Positions 47,689 to 60,600 of a DNA stretch of 64,000 nt are shown here, in pieces (the stretch's first letter is position 1; every line of letters begins with the position of its first letter). Under the pieces are notes generated by a model. It made no database searches. It saw nothing but the letters and a program-made list of their open reading frames with translations, and was not told the DNA's origin. The stretch is from positions 558,001 to 622,000 of the forward strand of contig CM035357.1 of assembly GCA_020137815.1 (NCBI GenBank), written 5' to 3'. The position numbers were made by a program, and so were the translations under genes. The stretch is from Hormiphora californensis. Taxonomy: Eukaryota; Animalia; Ctenophora.

Positions 47689-48724
47689 ATGAAGCCGATG
47701 TATGAAGATAAAAGATTGGATAATATTCTTCGCCTACCGTACGAGGGCGATAACCCCAAGATAAAACAACTGATCGAATCCATTGATGACTTTGTTTTGG
47801 GAGTTGAACGGCTGCATTGGGCTGCTGTTCCCGAACAACAGATAAGTACTACACCCGAGAACGTTAGTCAATGCTATAATTCCATCAAATATGCACCTGC
47901 GAGGGATTTTACCCCTGATTGCTCGAGCCCAACCGAAAATAACATGGGGACATTCTTCAAACATCGTCTCAAGGACCTTTCTCCAAAACAAGTTGTTGAT
48001 GTCACCACCAACCTCTTTGTTTCCAGTGCTAAACTTGCTCAAGCAGCGATGAACAATTTGAACACCGTAATCACTGCAGAAAAACTCGAGAAACAACTCT
48101 CTGCGTGCAAAGAAGAGCTTGAACGAAATCGTGTTTTGGTCATTGAACTGCAACAAACGGTCATCAATGCCCAGAAAGAACAACTGAGCTCAGTGGAAAC
48201 GTCAGTGCAGAAGGTGAAAGCCTACTCGACAGTCCTGGCTCAAAACTATGCCGCTGGCCGCAGCCTCCCCTATTATGAAAAAGCTACCAACTCCCCCTAA
48301 GCCACCAACTTCGAAGCCTCTTTCTCCTACAGTAGTACCCCAGACAAATCGAGAGAAGAACTTGGTAATATTTGGGCTCCCAGAATCAACTGAGAATGCT
48401 GATAGAACCAATATGGATGAACTATTTGAAGAACTGAACGAGAAACCGAAAGTTGCTAACATGAAACGTATCGGTGAGAGAAACGAGGAACGCCCTAGGC
48501 CGCTCTTGGTATCTCTTGAGAAGAGAGCAACCCTTTTGGCGATCCTGAAGAAGGCACGGCAGCTCAAAGAATCCAAAAAACACTTTTCCATATATTTATC
48601 ACCGGATCTTAACCCCTCCCAACTAAAGGAGCGAAAAGCTCTGCTGGCCACCTTGAAACGGGTTCGGACAGATGATCCAAGTGGCAATTATTACATCAGA
48701 AACAATGTGATCCAAGTCGGATAG
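47689..48724 (+). pseudogene. ORF1p-like gene with one frameshift (ORF1-only insert)
   Basis: 47689-48300 (coiled coil, KAYSTVLAQN) plus 48248-48724 (REKNLVIFGLPE, RIG..RPRPLLVSL, IYLSPDL, YYIRNN). Homologous to 17296-18285. Confidence 0.78.
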
Positions 48725-48975
48725 CGAACTGAACTGTTTCTATATATGTTACCCCGCTTTAGGTAACTGCCGATGCTTTTAGCCTCTCGGCCTTGTAGGA
48801 TATATATATACTTAACTATATATGTCTATAGTGTAAGAGCGGGAAGAGTCTGTTAAGAACTCTAATATAAATTGTGATGTTCACCAAGGTAACGACCACC
48901 TCGTACCCATTTTCCTTTTTCATAATCATAGTAAGTAGTAACTATGCACGAATTTAAATCTAAGTTTCTTGATCG

Positions 48976-49028
48976 TTGGTAATGAAATTACCCCTCCGGC
49001 GAAATATCAGGGGTGACTTCTTAACCAA
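48976..49028. mobile_element. TTGGT...ACCAA mini-MITE with 9-bp TSD
   Basis: TSD tcttgatcg at 48967-48975 and 49029-49037. Confidence 0.8.
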
Positions 49029-49041
49029 TCTTGATCGATGG

Positions 49042-51889
49042 TTACTGTCCAGTGTCCACTTTCCAGACTCCAATGGTCCCATCTGCTGACCTAGAACCGG
49101 TCACGACCACCTTTCCCCCATTTTCCTTTTTCATAGTAACTATGCACGGTATTAGATCTGAGTGTGCTTGGTTGATAGTTAATGTCCACTTTTTGGTAAC
49201 CAAATCATAAACATGAAGTGAACATGAACGAGAACTTAGTATTAGTCTGCCACACTTTTCAATCGACGGTGGATTAAATTCCTGCATCGGTATCATCCTA
49301 TCATAAGCGACCGTAGGTGGTGCGATGGTGTAAAAGCTTATTCCGGGTGTAGGTGGCTCAATTGTCACAGGAGCACCCCAAGACTTGATGTAGAGAATCG
49401 TACCAGACCGAGTAACTCCAAAAACTGCATCATCATTGCTACGATTGGAAACTGAAAGTGGAAGCATTGAAGTAAGGGCAGGTAACTGTTCATCTTCACA
49501 CCATGTCATGAAATCAGGATGACTACATTCAGCGTTAAGTGGATATATGTTCCAAATATAAGCAGCACTTGATGAGGGTCCCCATTGTAAAATCTTTCCC
49601 CGAATTGATATGCCAACCTTCCAATCGTCCCAACGAGCCAAGCATGAAACTGGCTCACCTACATTCACAGATTGAGTCAGTTTTTCATCCAAAGACCACA
49701 GAAGTAACTCACCTCCATCCGACACAATAACAGGCATACCTTCCATCGCAGACATACCAATTATTCTTTGGCCTTCCATTCTTTTCAGAGGAAACGTTTT
49801 GTAGCTGTAGCCAAACTGTTTTCTTCCCCCTCCGCTTTTGATTTCATATAAGCTCCAAGCTTGCCTGTATTGAAGTGTTACATATAAAATATTCATAGTC
49901 CAGCACGCACCAAACAACTCCCAATCTTTCGGATTCGTTGAAGTCGTCATGAGCTTCAGAGTCCCAATAACTGCGTTATCCTCAACAGAAACTTTGTAAA
50001 TAGTACAACTTCTAGTCCCCACAAAAACATTTCCTTCGTACCCCGCTACCACAAACACTACAGTCTCTTGTTGGTCTGGATCAGGTCTGAACTTGGCCAG
50101 AACGTGTTCGGCATGCCCAACTACCTTTCGGTAGAAGGAAGATCTCCCTGAGGTTGAATCCATCAATGGGAATACCGAGGGTCCGGGGAAGAATGCTGCT
50201 CCTGCTACCTCAAAGATCTTGTTAAGGGTGGTGAATGCTGGCAAGACCAACCCATCTTTTAACAGGAGTTGTGATTTGATGTACAACAGTGATGACAGTG
50301 TTGCAGGGTTGTGTTGATGTTCTGTTACTAAACAATCAACTGACAGCAGGTTGGGTGAAACAGTAATTGGTGTTCTTTCTAGTCGGGACCTGATAAAACT
50401 GTCCGTGTCTGGGGAAGCTCGAACCTGTTCCATCGTTGTGGTTTTCTTCAAGAGTGGTGTTTTGAGCGAATGGGTCAGGGAGGATACCATGATGTTTCCA
50501 CTCAGTTGGTCGTTAGAAGAGGTGGGACAGGACGTTGACTCAGGGAAGATTTGATCTCCAATTAACTCGATCAGAATCTCTTGGAAGAAAACTAGAATTT
50601 TCAGCTCCGTTCGACGCTTGAACTCTGCCTTTTCCCGTTCATAATCTGCCTGACTTGTAAAGCACTGCCCAATAATGCTTATCTCAAAGTCAAGGCTGGA
50701 TCTCGGAATACACTGTTCAAATTGTGTAACTTTATACTCCAGTGTCCTTATCAAACCGTCCGCAGTACACCCCAAATTAACCTCCCCCTCATCAATGTTC
50801 ACAACCACGATATCACCCCTAGCAGGCATCTCTTCTAGAATCCCACTTTCAGCTCCTAAAATGTACTGGCCAACTGGAGCCTCCAGAATCAGGAACAGGG
50901 CTTCTGGGAGGGTGGGGAGATAGGTAACTTGCCAATCAAGGGGCTTGATATATGACAGGAAAGTCTCGATCATTAGGACTCTCAGTGGGTTGTTATCACT
51001 TACAAACACTATTTGTTGTTCGGAAAGGATACTGCCAACAATTTGAAGGATCTGTAGGTGTGTGAAGTAGTAGAAGGGAAGTGTTAGGGGTAGATCACCT
51101 GTCCCGGGTAGAAGAGGCGGGGTGAGAGTTAGGGAGAATTTTGGTATGGGAATCACAACGTTGTCTCCTGCAGGTATCACTATGTTTGACAGTGTTTTTA
51201 GCATGTCCTGCACCTCGAAATCCCAACTACATTCATCAGCTAGGTTGTGGGAAAGCACTTGGAGTAGGTCCGTCATCAATCGAAATCTACGGTATGCCGA
51301 GAAAAGATGGAAATTACATCCGCCAATCTGAAGTAAAGTCCGATTTTTAATAATGTGAACGGGGGGCGCGCAAAAAACTTTCCCACGCACCGTGGGAAAG
51401 TTTTTTTTCGTTTTGTTTCGATCATTTCTCTGGCTCCTGATAAGATAAAGACTTGATCTTGGTTGCATTGAAAAGGTCTTAAAATTATCTTTCCGATACT
51501 TCCGAGATCAAGTCTTAAGATTGTCAAGAACAGAATTTAGCACGCGCAAATAGAATTAAGTGGAATTAAGTGCGCGCCCCCCGTTCACATTATTAAAAAT
51601 CGGACTTTATAAACACATAAACCCGTGACCCATCCTCTGAAGTTAGAACACCGTACCCCACAGTGGGGCTCCCACCAGGTTCTATATGTTTCTTCTCCCC
51701 GACCAGACAAATCTTCTCAACATCCTCTACCATACTCCATGTTAGAGGCGGTGAAATTAGTGAGTTGTCAATAGTAGGATGTTTGATGATGGTAGAGGCT
51801 GAGACTAGGGATCGGGTGCCTCCTGATCTGGTGACAAGGCACGTTTCACAGAGTGTTGGGAGGGCAACATGCTGGCTATCATCAGTCAT
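49042..51889 (-). pseudogene. DENN+WD40 copy 2: internally deleted and interrupted by a MITE (pseudogene unless the MITE is spliced out)
   Basis: N-terminus near-identical to copy 1. In-frame deletions of 243 and 16 codons, divergent WD40 region, and a MITE at 51336-51607. Confidence 0.7.
51336..51607. mobile_element. MITE with TA TSD inside DENN copy 2
   Basis: TIR aagtccgatttttaataatgtgaacggggggcgcgc. The empty site gaagtataaac is seen in copy 1 (~39995). Confidence 0.85.
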
Positions 51890-52039
51890 ATCCTGGAACA
51901 GAAATAAAATATTGTCTTCATTCCAACAGGCACAAGAAGATAAGAATCAGTGGAGAAATGACGGAGTCGCGGTACAAAATTGGCAAACGTTGCTGGCCCC
52001 CACGCGCAGCGCGGGATAAGGCAGCGCTTTTCAAGGTAC

Positions 52040-55000
52040 AAAACGTCAAAAAAGATTTATACTTCATTTTTTTTCAACTGTTCACCCCCCCAAAGTCGTG
52101 CGCGGAATTGTTTTGCGCGTCTATCACATGTTAACGTATAGCGCGCGCCACGAAATTTCTAAATTTCACTGAAATTTCGATTTTGGGTGAACAGTTGAAA
52201 AAAAATGGACTTTAAAAAAAGAAGCGTGCGAGATTTTCATTTTTTTTAGAAAATTTTAAATTTTAATTTTAAAACCGTGCGCGGCAAGTGCGCGCAACGT
52301 TTAAATAAAAGTTCAGCGTTGTGTGTTGCAGTCCGTCATGAGGCCCCTCGGAAATGTTCAAGTCATGCACAATCAAGTCACGCCCACCAATCACAGCTCA
52401 GAACGCGCGGAGGGCTTCGCGCGTTCTGAGCTGTGATTGGTGGGCATGACTTGATTGTGCATGACTTGAACATTTCCGAGGGGCCTCATGCGCATTTTCA
52501 TATGGAATTTATGGAATATAGTCGAATTTTTTAATCAAGGGACAGGGGGCCGCGCATTCAGAGAGGTCGCGCGGCGTTGTATTTGCGCGTGACAATCGAG
52601 ATCAAGTTCCTGGCAATCTTAAGACTTTAACCTGGAAGCGTTGGAAAGATAATTTTAAGATCTTTTCAACGCAACCAAGATCAAGTCTTTATCTTATCAG
52701 GAAGAGGAGATATGAGCGAAAACATTTAGCACGCGCAAAAAGACTTTGTAAATGCGCGGCCCCCTGTCCCTTGATTAAAAAATTCGACTATACGCATGGG
52801 GGGAGACACACTGAAGTTGGTCGCGCGCGTTCAACTCTCAACCTCGCAACACACATTGAAGTTCGGTAAGCGGTAAAGTCCATTTTTTTTCAACTGTTCA
52901 CCCAAAATTGAAATTTCAGTGAAATTTAAAATTTTCGTGGCGCGCGCTATACGTTAACATGTGATAAACGCGCAAAACAATTCCGCGCACGACTTTGGGG
53001 GGTGACTGTCTGGCGGCGCCAGACCCCAATTTGACAGTGCGCTCAGATGGGTCGCGGCGCCAGACAGGGGGGTGAACAGTTGAAAAAAAATGGAGTATAA
53101 ATAAAGTCCATTTTTATTCAACTGTTCACCCCTCAACTCGTGCGCGTGCGATATTTTAATTTACGCTGCGCGCGCTACACGTTAACATGTGATAAACGCG
53201 CAAAACAATTCCGCGCACGACTTTGGGGGGTGAACAGTTGAAAAAAAATGGACATTACTCACTCGGTTCTTCACATTTTTTGGACGTTTTTGGCCATAAC
53301 TCAGCCATTTCTTGACCAATTTGCAAAATCTTGGGCTCATTGGATTCCAATTTGGAAAGAAGACATTAAGACCTTTAAAATGAGTCCTAGAAAATGAAAA
53401 TCGGCGCAAAATGCGCGGCGTTATAGCGAAAACGCGCATTTTACGCCATAACGCCGCGCATTTTGCGCCGATTTTCATTTTCTAGGACTCATTTGAAAGG
53501 TCTTAATGTCTTCTTTCCAATGAGCACAAGATTTTGCAAATTGGTCAAGAAATGGCTGAGTTATGGCCAAAAACGTCCAAAAAATGTGAAGAACCGAGTG
53601 AGTATTTACCGCGAAGTTTCGCGAAAACCCATTTTCGGCTGAGAAATCATTTGTAAGAGGCTAACTTATTTACTGGTACATCTCTCGAGGTGTCCTTTAT
53701 CCATACTGAGTCAATTTCACCGTTTTTGAAATTTTTGGCTAATTCGGTCACAGTTGTCCCAATTCACCAAAATTTTTAAAAATGGTGAAATTGACTCGGT
53801 ATGGATAAAGGACACCTCGAGAGATGTACCAGTATACTCCATTTTTTTTCAACTGTTCACCCCCCAAAGTCGTGCGCGGAATTGTTTTGCGCGTTTATCA
53901 CATGTTAACGTGTAGCGCGCGCCACCCAAATTCTAATTTTTATTAAATTTCAGTTTTTGGGTGAACAGTTGAAAAAAAATGGACTTTAGATAAGTTAGCC
54001 ACTTACAAATAATTTCTCAGCCGAAAATGGGTTTTCGCGAAACTTCGAACTTCGAACTTCAGTATGTGTCGCGAGGTTGAGATTTGAACGAGCGCGCCCA
54101 ACTTCACTGAAGTTGGGCGCTCTCGTTCAAATCTGAAGTCTTCAGTGTGTCTCGCCCCCATATGATACGAACATACCAGAGTGCTTGTGGTTAACTCACC
54201 CGGGTCATTTTGTAAGTTGGTCCCTAAGGGAACTTGAAGACCGTCTTGATAAAAAATAATGTGGGCATAATTGCATCATTCAGTGATCGGATTTAGTTGT
54301 TGAGTAAGCTCAAATTGATCATGATTGATTGTTTCAATTTCATTTTAAAGTCGGATTTTTTGAAGTTGTCACCCCCCTTCTCGTGCGCGGAATGTTTTTG
54401 CACGTCACATCACATGTTAAAGTCCGTTTCAAGCGACTTGACCCGTAATTCTTGGAATTTGGCGCATTGCGCGTGTATTTACAAAGGGGAAATCCTGAAT
54501 TTCCAGGAATCTCAGGTCAAGTCGTTTGAAACGCACTTTAACGTGTGGTGTGCGCGTCAAAATTGATAAATTTCACACGTGCGGTCATTTTGGGGTGACA
54601 ACTTCAAAAAACCCGACTTTACAATTTACACAACAAAATTAAAATATAGTCGAATTTTTTAATCAAGGGACAGGGGCCGCGCATTTACAAAAGTCTTTTT
54701 GCGCGTGCTAAACGTTTTTGCTCATATCTCCTGTTCCTGATGAGATAAAGACTTGATCTTGGTTGCGTTGAAAAGGTCTTAAAATTATCTTTCCAACGCT
54801 TCTGGGTTCAAGTTTTAAGATTGCCAGGAACTTGATCTCGATTATCACGCGCAAATACAAAGCCGCGCGACCCCTCTGAATGCGCGGCCCCCTGTCCCTT
54901 GATTAAAAAATTCGACTTTATTATTACCTTACTCTCGTTTTTTAAGAAACGCTTTAGTAAGAAACTTTTTTATAAGAAACTTTTCAAATGTAAATCACAC

Positions 55001-55530
55001 AATTCAGAGACACCACAACAAAATATAACACCCCTAACTTGTTTAGTTTCTTGATAAAGGAGAAATTCTTTTTGTTTTTGGATTGCTTACACCTGTAGTT
55101 TCCTAGAAAAAAAGTTTCTTATTTAAAAGTTTCTTGAAATATGCGAGCATAATTAACGAGAGTAAGGTATTTAATATAGCGAAACTGAAACTTGAAATTA
55201 GGGTCTGACGGTCATCAACGCCGAAATAGGGAACAACATGTTTCTGAATGTGCTTTTCAATACGAATCTAACGCAACCGGAATTAGCTTTCTATCTTGTC
55301 GGGAAGTATCGCACCCAAAAACCGCCAAAAGGGCTGCACTCGTGACGCGAGCCAATTTGCCTATAATTACAGGCTCGCGCGCATGAAATTGAGGTTTTTG
55401 GGAGTATCAGGGGGCGATACTTCCCGACAAGATAGAAAGCTAATTCCGGTTGCGTTGGATTCGTATTGAAAAGCACATTCAGAAACACGTTGTTCCCTAT
55501 TTTGGCGTTGATGACCGTCAGACCCTACTT
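52040..55530. mobile_element. Cluster of nested palindromic/TIR elements
   Basis: Palindromes at ~52337-52490, 53256-53605 and 55200-55528. TIR elements at ~52518-52792 and ~54645-54920 (tagtcgaattttttaatcaagggacagggg), plus aagtccatttttttcaactgttcacc repeats. Confidence 0.7.
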
Positions 55531-55815
55531 GAAATACACAACAATTAATAATAATGTACAACAAATAACAAGTATGTATATAGTATGTACATACGCATAC
55601 ATTGTACTATGTACTTACAAAATTGTTAAATTATGCCCTTGAAATTGAAATTGGCATTCAGTTAACAATTTGGCATGGCACTTATGTAATTTGTTGACTT
55701 TGAGTAAATCACAAAGTTTAATGTTACCATTTAACACAACCCTCGCTTTAAATTTAAAATTAATGAAAACATGTCACATGAAAATCTTATCAAGTCATCT
55801 AAAATTCCTCCATTT

Positions 55816-57664
55816 TTAAAGTTGCATTATCAAATCTGCGAACAGTCTGACAGAAAAAAGGACAAAGAAGTGGAAAATTAATAATCTTCCAATAGTTACT
55901 CTGTCGCCACTCCAGCTTCTACAAGTTCCAAAGCTGCCTTTGGTTCAGGCTGACAGGCCAGGAGTGTTAGCATTTTCCTGTGGACCTGAAGAATTCAAAT
56001 CATTAATTCTTGGCTGAAATCCAATCTATCAGTATCATCATGATAAATTGCCTTGGGGCCCAGAGAGACTGGTGGATCTATCAAAGTTAAGCTTGGCAAA
56101 CACAATCCGGGGTGTGTCACCATGGCAACCCCCTTCAAAATCCCATGACAACCCCCTTCAAAATCCGATTTGTCACCATGACAACCCCCTTCAAAATCCC
56201 ATTTGTCACCATGACAACCCCCTTCAAAATCCCATGTGTCACCATGACAACCCCCTTCAAAATCCCATGTGTCACCATGACAACCCCCTTCAAAATCACA
56301 TATGTCACCATGACAACCCCCTTCAAAATCCCATTTGTCACCATGACAACCCCCTTCAAAATCCCATGTGTCACCATGACAACCCCCTTCAAAATCCCAT
56401 GTGTCACCATGACAACCCCCTTCAAAACCACATATGTCACCATGACAACCCCCTTCAAAATCCCATTTGTCACCATGACAACCCCCTTCAAAATCCCATG
56501 TGTCACCATGACAACCCCCTTCAAAATCCCATGTGTCACCATGACAACCCCCTTCAAAACCCCGTGACAACCCCCTTCAAAATCCCATGTGTCACCATGA
56601 CAACCCCCTTCAAAATCCCATGTCTCACCATGGCAACCCCCTTCAAAATCCCGTGACAACCCCCTTCAAAATCCCATGTGTCACCATGACAACCCCCTTC
56701 AAAATCACATATGTCACCATGACAACCCCCTTCAAAATCCCATGTGTCACCATGACAACCCCCTTCAAAATCCCATGTGTCACCATGACAACCCCCTTCA
56801 AAATCCCATGTGTCACCATGACAACCCCCTTCAAACCCCATGTGTCACCATGACAACCCCCTTCAAAATCCCATGTGTCACCATGACAACCCCCTTCAAA
56901 ATCCCATGTGTCACCATGACAATCCCCTTCAAAACCCCATGTGTCACCATGACAACCCCCTTCAAAATCCCATGTGTCACCATGACAACCCCCTTCAAAA
57001 TCCCATGTGTCACCATGACAAGTGACAACCCCCTTCAAAATCCCATGTGTCACCATGACAACACCCTTCAAAATCCCATGTGTCACCATGACAACCCCCT
57101 TCAAAATGCCATGTGTCACCATGACAACCCCCTTCAAAATCACATATGTCCCACAATTACCTTGACGTGGATCTCGTGGTGTTTAAATATCTCCCCATCT
57201 ATATTCCAACAACTGCATTTTTCACATTCCAGCGCATCCCGGGGATCCTCTAGACAGTCCCGGATATGATCAGATGATGAGTCGGGGGTTGTCGGTTGTC
57301 GGTGGTTACAGTCACCACGGAAACGGAATTCCGTTACCCGATGGACGTCCACTAGATCACCCGTAAACTGCAAAACGGTTAACGGATGTCATGAAAACTT
57401 TCGAACTGGCGATGGTTTGTTTTATGTCACGTGATGCCCAAATATGGCATGTCACGTGATGTCAAAATATGGTGTGTCACGTGATGTCCAAATATGGTGT
57501 GTCACGTGATGCCCAAATATGGTGTGTCACGTGATGCCCACACTTACTGGTTTGCTAAAGAAGGCTGTGTTGAAAAGGTACTTGAAGTATCTCATTCCAC
57601 TTGCTTGTCGGTGGATTATCAAGTCAAGACACCCGTCACCAAGATGTGCCGAGGGGGAGAGACC
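55816..57664 (-). CDS. CERK: 3' exons of a ceramide-kinase-like (DAGK/SphK family) gene; 5' part not located
   Basis: Exons 57664-57548, 57367-57161, 55985-55900, 55846-55816 give GLSPSAHLGDGCLDLII..., VDVHRVTEFRF, SCWNIDGEIF...IHVKVHRKML. These match recalled CERK motifs GLSPxAHLGDG, VEVYRV and SSWNCDGE...VRVH. Confidence 0.8.
56112..57147. repeat. 33-bp minisatellite (~31 copies) filling a CERK-like intron
   Basis: Unit gtgtcaccatgacaacccccttcaaaatcccat. Confidence 0.95.
57424..57540. repeat. 25-bp tandem repeat (~4-5 copies) with CACGTG cores
   Basis: Unit gtgtcacgtgatgcccaaatatggt. Confidence 0.85.
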
Positions 57665-57666
57665 CT

Positions 57667-60600
57667 GGGAGGATATAGGATGTGAGGTGGTACTGCAAGG
57701 GGGACAGACCCTGATAAAGGGATAAGAGGTGATACAAGGGGGACAGACCCTGGGAGGATATAGGATGTGAGGTGGTACTGCAAGGGGGACAGACCCTGAT
57801 AACGGGATAATAGAGGTGATACAAGGGGGACAGACCCTAATAAAGGGATAATAGAGGTGATACAAGGGGGACAGACCCTGATAAAGGGATAAGAGGTGAT
57901 ACAAGGGGGACAGACCCTGATAAAGGGATAAGAGGTGATACAAGGGGGACAGACCCTGATAAAGGGATAAGAGGTGATACAAGGGGGACAGACCCTGATA
58001 AAGGGATAAGAGGTGATACAAGGGGGACAGACCCTGGAAGGGATAAGAGGTGATACAAGGGGGACAGACCCTGGAAGGGATAAGAGGTGATACAAGGGGG
58101 ACAGACCCTGATAAAGGGATAAGAGGTGATACAAGGGGGACAGACCCTGATAAAGGGATAATAGAGGTGATACAAGGGGGACAGACCCTGATAAAGGGAT
58201 AAGAGGTGATACAAGGGGGACAGACCCTGATCATGATAAAGGGATAATAGAGGTGATATAAGGGGGACAGACCCTGGAAGGGATAAGAGGTGATATAAGG
58301 GGGACAGACCCTGGGAGGATATAGGATGTGATACAAGGGGGACAGACCCTGGAAGGGATAATAGAGGTGATACAAGGGGGACAGACCCTGATAAAGGGAT
58401 AAGAGGTGATACAAGGGGGACAGACCCTGATAAAGGGATAAGAGGTGATACAAGGGGGACAGACCCTGATAAAGGGATAAGAGGTGATACAAGGGGGACA
58501 GACCCTGATAAAGGGATAATAGAGGTGATACAAGGGGGACAGACCCTGATAAAGGGATAATAGAGGTGATACAAGGGGGACAGACCCTGATAAAGAGATA
58601 AGAGGTGATACAAGGGGGGGGGGACAAACCCTGAGAGGGATAATAGAGGTGATACAAGGGGGACAGACCCTGATAAAGGGATAAGAGGTGATACAAGGGG
58701 GACAGACCCTGGTAAAGGGATAAGAGGTGATACAAGGGGGACAGACCCTGATAAAGGGATAAGAGGTGATACAAGGGGGACAGACCCTGGGAGGGATAAG
58801 AGGTGATACAAGGGGGACAGACCCTGATAAAGGGATAAGAGGTGATACAAGGGGGACAGACCCTGATAAAGGGATAATAGAGGTGATACAAGGGGGACAG
58901 ACCCTGATAAAGGGATAAGAGGTGATACAAGGGGGACAGACCCTGATAAAGGGATAAGAGGTGATACAAGGGGGACAGACCCTGATAAAGGGATAAGAGG
59001 TGATACAAGGGGGACAGACCCTGATAAGAGGGGATAAGAGGTGGTACAAGGCCCAAGGGGGACAAACCCTGATAAAGGGATAAGAGGTTATACAAGGGGG
59101 ACAGATCCTGGAAGGGATAAGAGGTGATACAAGGGGGACAGACCCTGGTAAAGGGATAATAGGTGATACAAGGGGGACAGACCCTGATAAAGGAATAATA
59201 GAGGTGATACGAGGGGGACAGACCCTGGAAGGGATAAGAGGTGATACAAGGGGGACAGACCCTGGTAAAGGGATAATAGGTGATACAAGGGGGACAGACC
59301 CTGATAAAGGGATAAGAGGTGATACAAGGGAGACAGACCCTGATAAAGGGATAAGAGGTGATACAAGGGAGACAGACCCTGATAAAGGGATAAGAGGTGA
59401 TACAAGGGGGACAGACCCTGGAAGGGATAAGAGGTGATACAAGGGGGGACAGACCCTGGAAGGGATAAGAGGTGATACAAAGGGGACAGACCCTGGTAAA
59501 GGGATAAGAGGTGATACAAGGGGGGACAGACCTGATAAAGGGATAAGAGAGGTGATACAAGGTGGACAGACCCTGGTAAAGGGATAAGAGGTGATACAAG
59601 GGGGACAGACCCTGATAAAGGAATAAGAGGTGATACAAGGGGGACAGACCCTGATAAAGGGATAAGAGGTGATACAAGGGGGGACAGACCCTGATAAAGG
59701 GATAAGAGGTGATACAAGGGGGACAGACCCTGATAAAGGGATAAGAGGTGATACAAGGGGGACAGACCCTGATAAAGGGATAAGAGGTGATACAAGGGGG
59801 ACAGACCCTGATAAAGGGATAAGAGGTGATACAAGGGGGACAGACCCTGATAAAGGGATAAGAGGTGATACAAGGGGGACAGACCCTGATAAAGGGATAA
59901 GAGGTGATACAAGGGGGACAGACCCTGATAAAGGGATAAGAGGTGATACAAGGGGGACAGACCCTGATAAAGGGATAAGAGGTGATACAAGGGGGACAGA
60001 ACCTGATAAAGGGATAAGAGGTGATACAAGGGGGACAGTCCCTGATAAAGGGATAAGAGGTGATACAAGGGGGACAGGCCCTGATAAAGGGATAAGAGGT
60101 GATACAAGGGGGACAGACCCTGATAAAGGGATAAGAGGTGATACAAGGGGGACAGACCCTGATAAAGGGATAATAGAGGTGATACAAGGGGGACAGACCC
60201 TGATAAAGGGATAAGAGGTGATACAAGGGGGACAGACCCTGATCATGATAAAGGGATAATAGAGGTGATATAAGGGGGACAGACCCTGGAAGGGATAAGA
60301 GGTGATATAAGGGGGACAGACCCTGGGAGGATATAGGATGTGATACAAGGGGGACAGACCCTGGAAGGGATAATAGAGGTGATACAAGGGGGACAGACCC
60401 TGATAAAGGGATAAGAGGTGATACAAGGGGGACAGACCCTGATAAAGGGATAAGAGGTGATACAAGGGGGACAGACCCTGATAAAGGGATAAGAGGTGAT
60501 ACAAGGGGGACAGACCCTGATAAAGGGATAATAGAGGTGATACAAGGGGGACAGACCCTGATAAAGGGATAATAGAGGTGATACAAGGGGGACAGACCCT

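Larger units (their letters stand above)
47537..48887. mobile_element. TTGGTGA...TCACCAA MITE with 9-bp TSD, carrying an SL-capped ORF1 insert
   Basis: TSD ggtaacgac at 47528-47536 and 48888-48896. The right TIR (ggtgtctatatc|accaa) is split by the insert starting at 47590. Confidence 0.78.

Noticed and set aside
51336-51468. N-terminal part of the 808-aa ORF (MQPRSS...)
   Set aside because: Read-through from MITE sequence; the true N-terminus is at 51610-51889.
55995-57269. Cys/His-rich repeat ORFs and a possible exon 56132-56052 with a GC donor
   Set aside because: The ORFs derive from the 33-bp minisatellite. The CERK motif IHVK|VHRK is contiguous only if 57161 splices directly to 55985.
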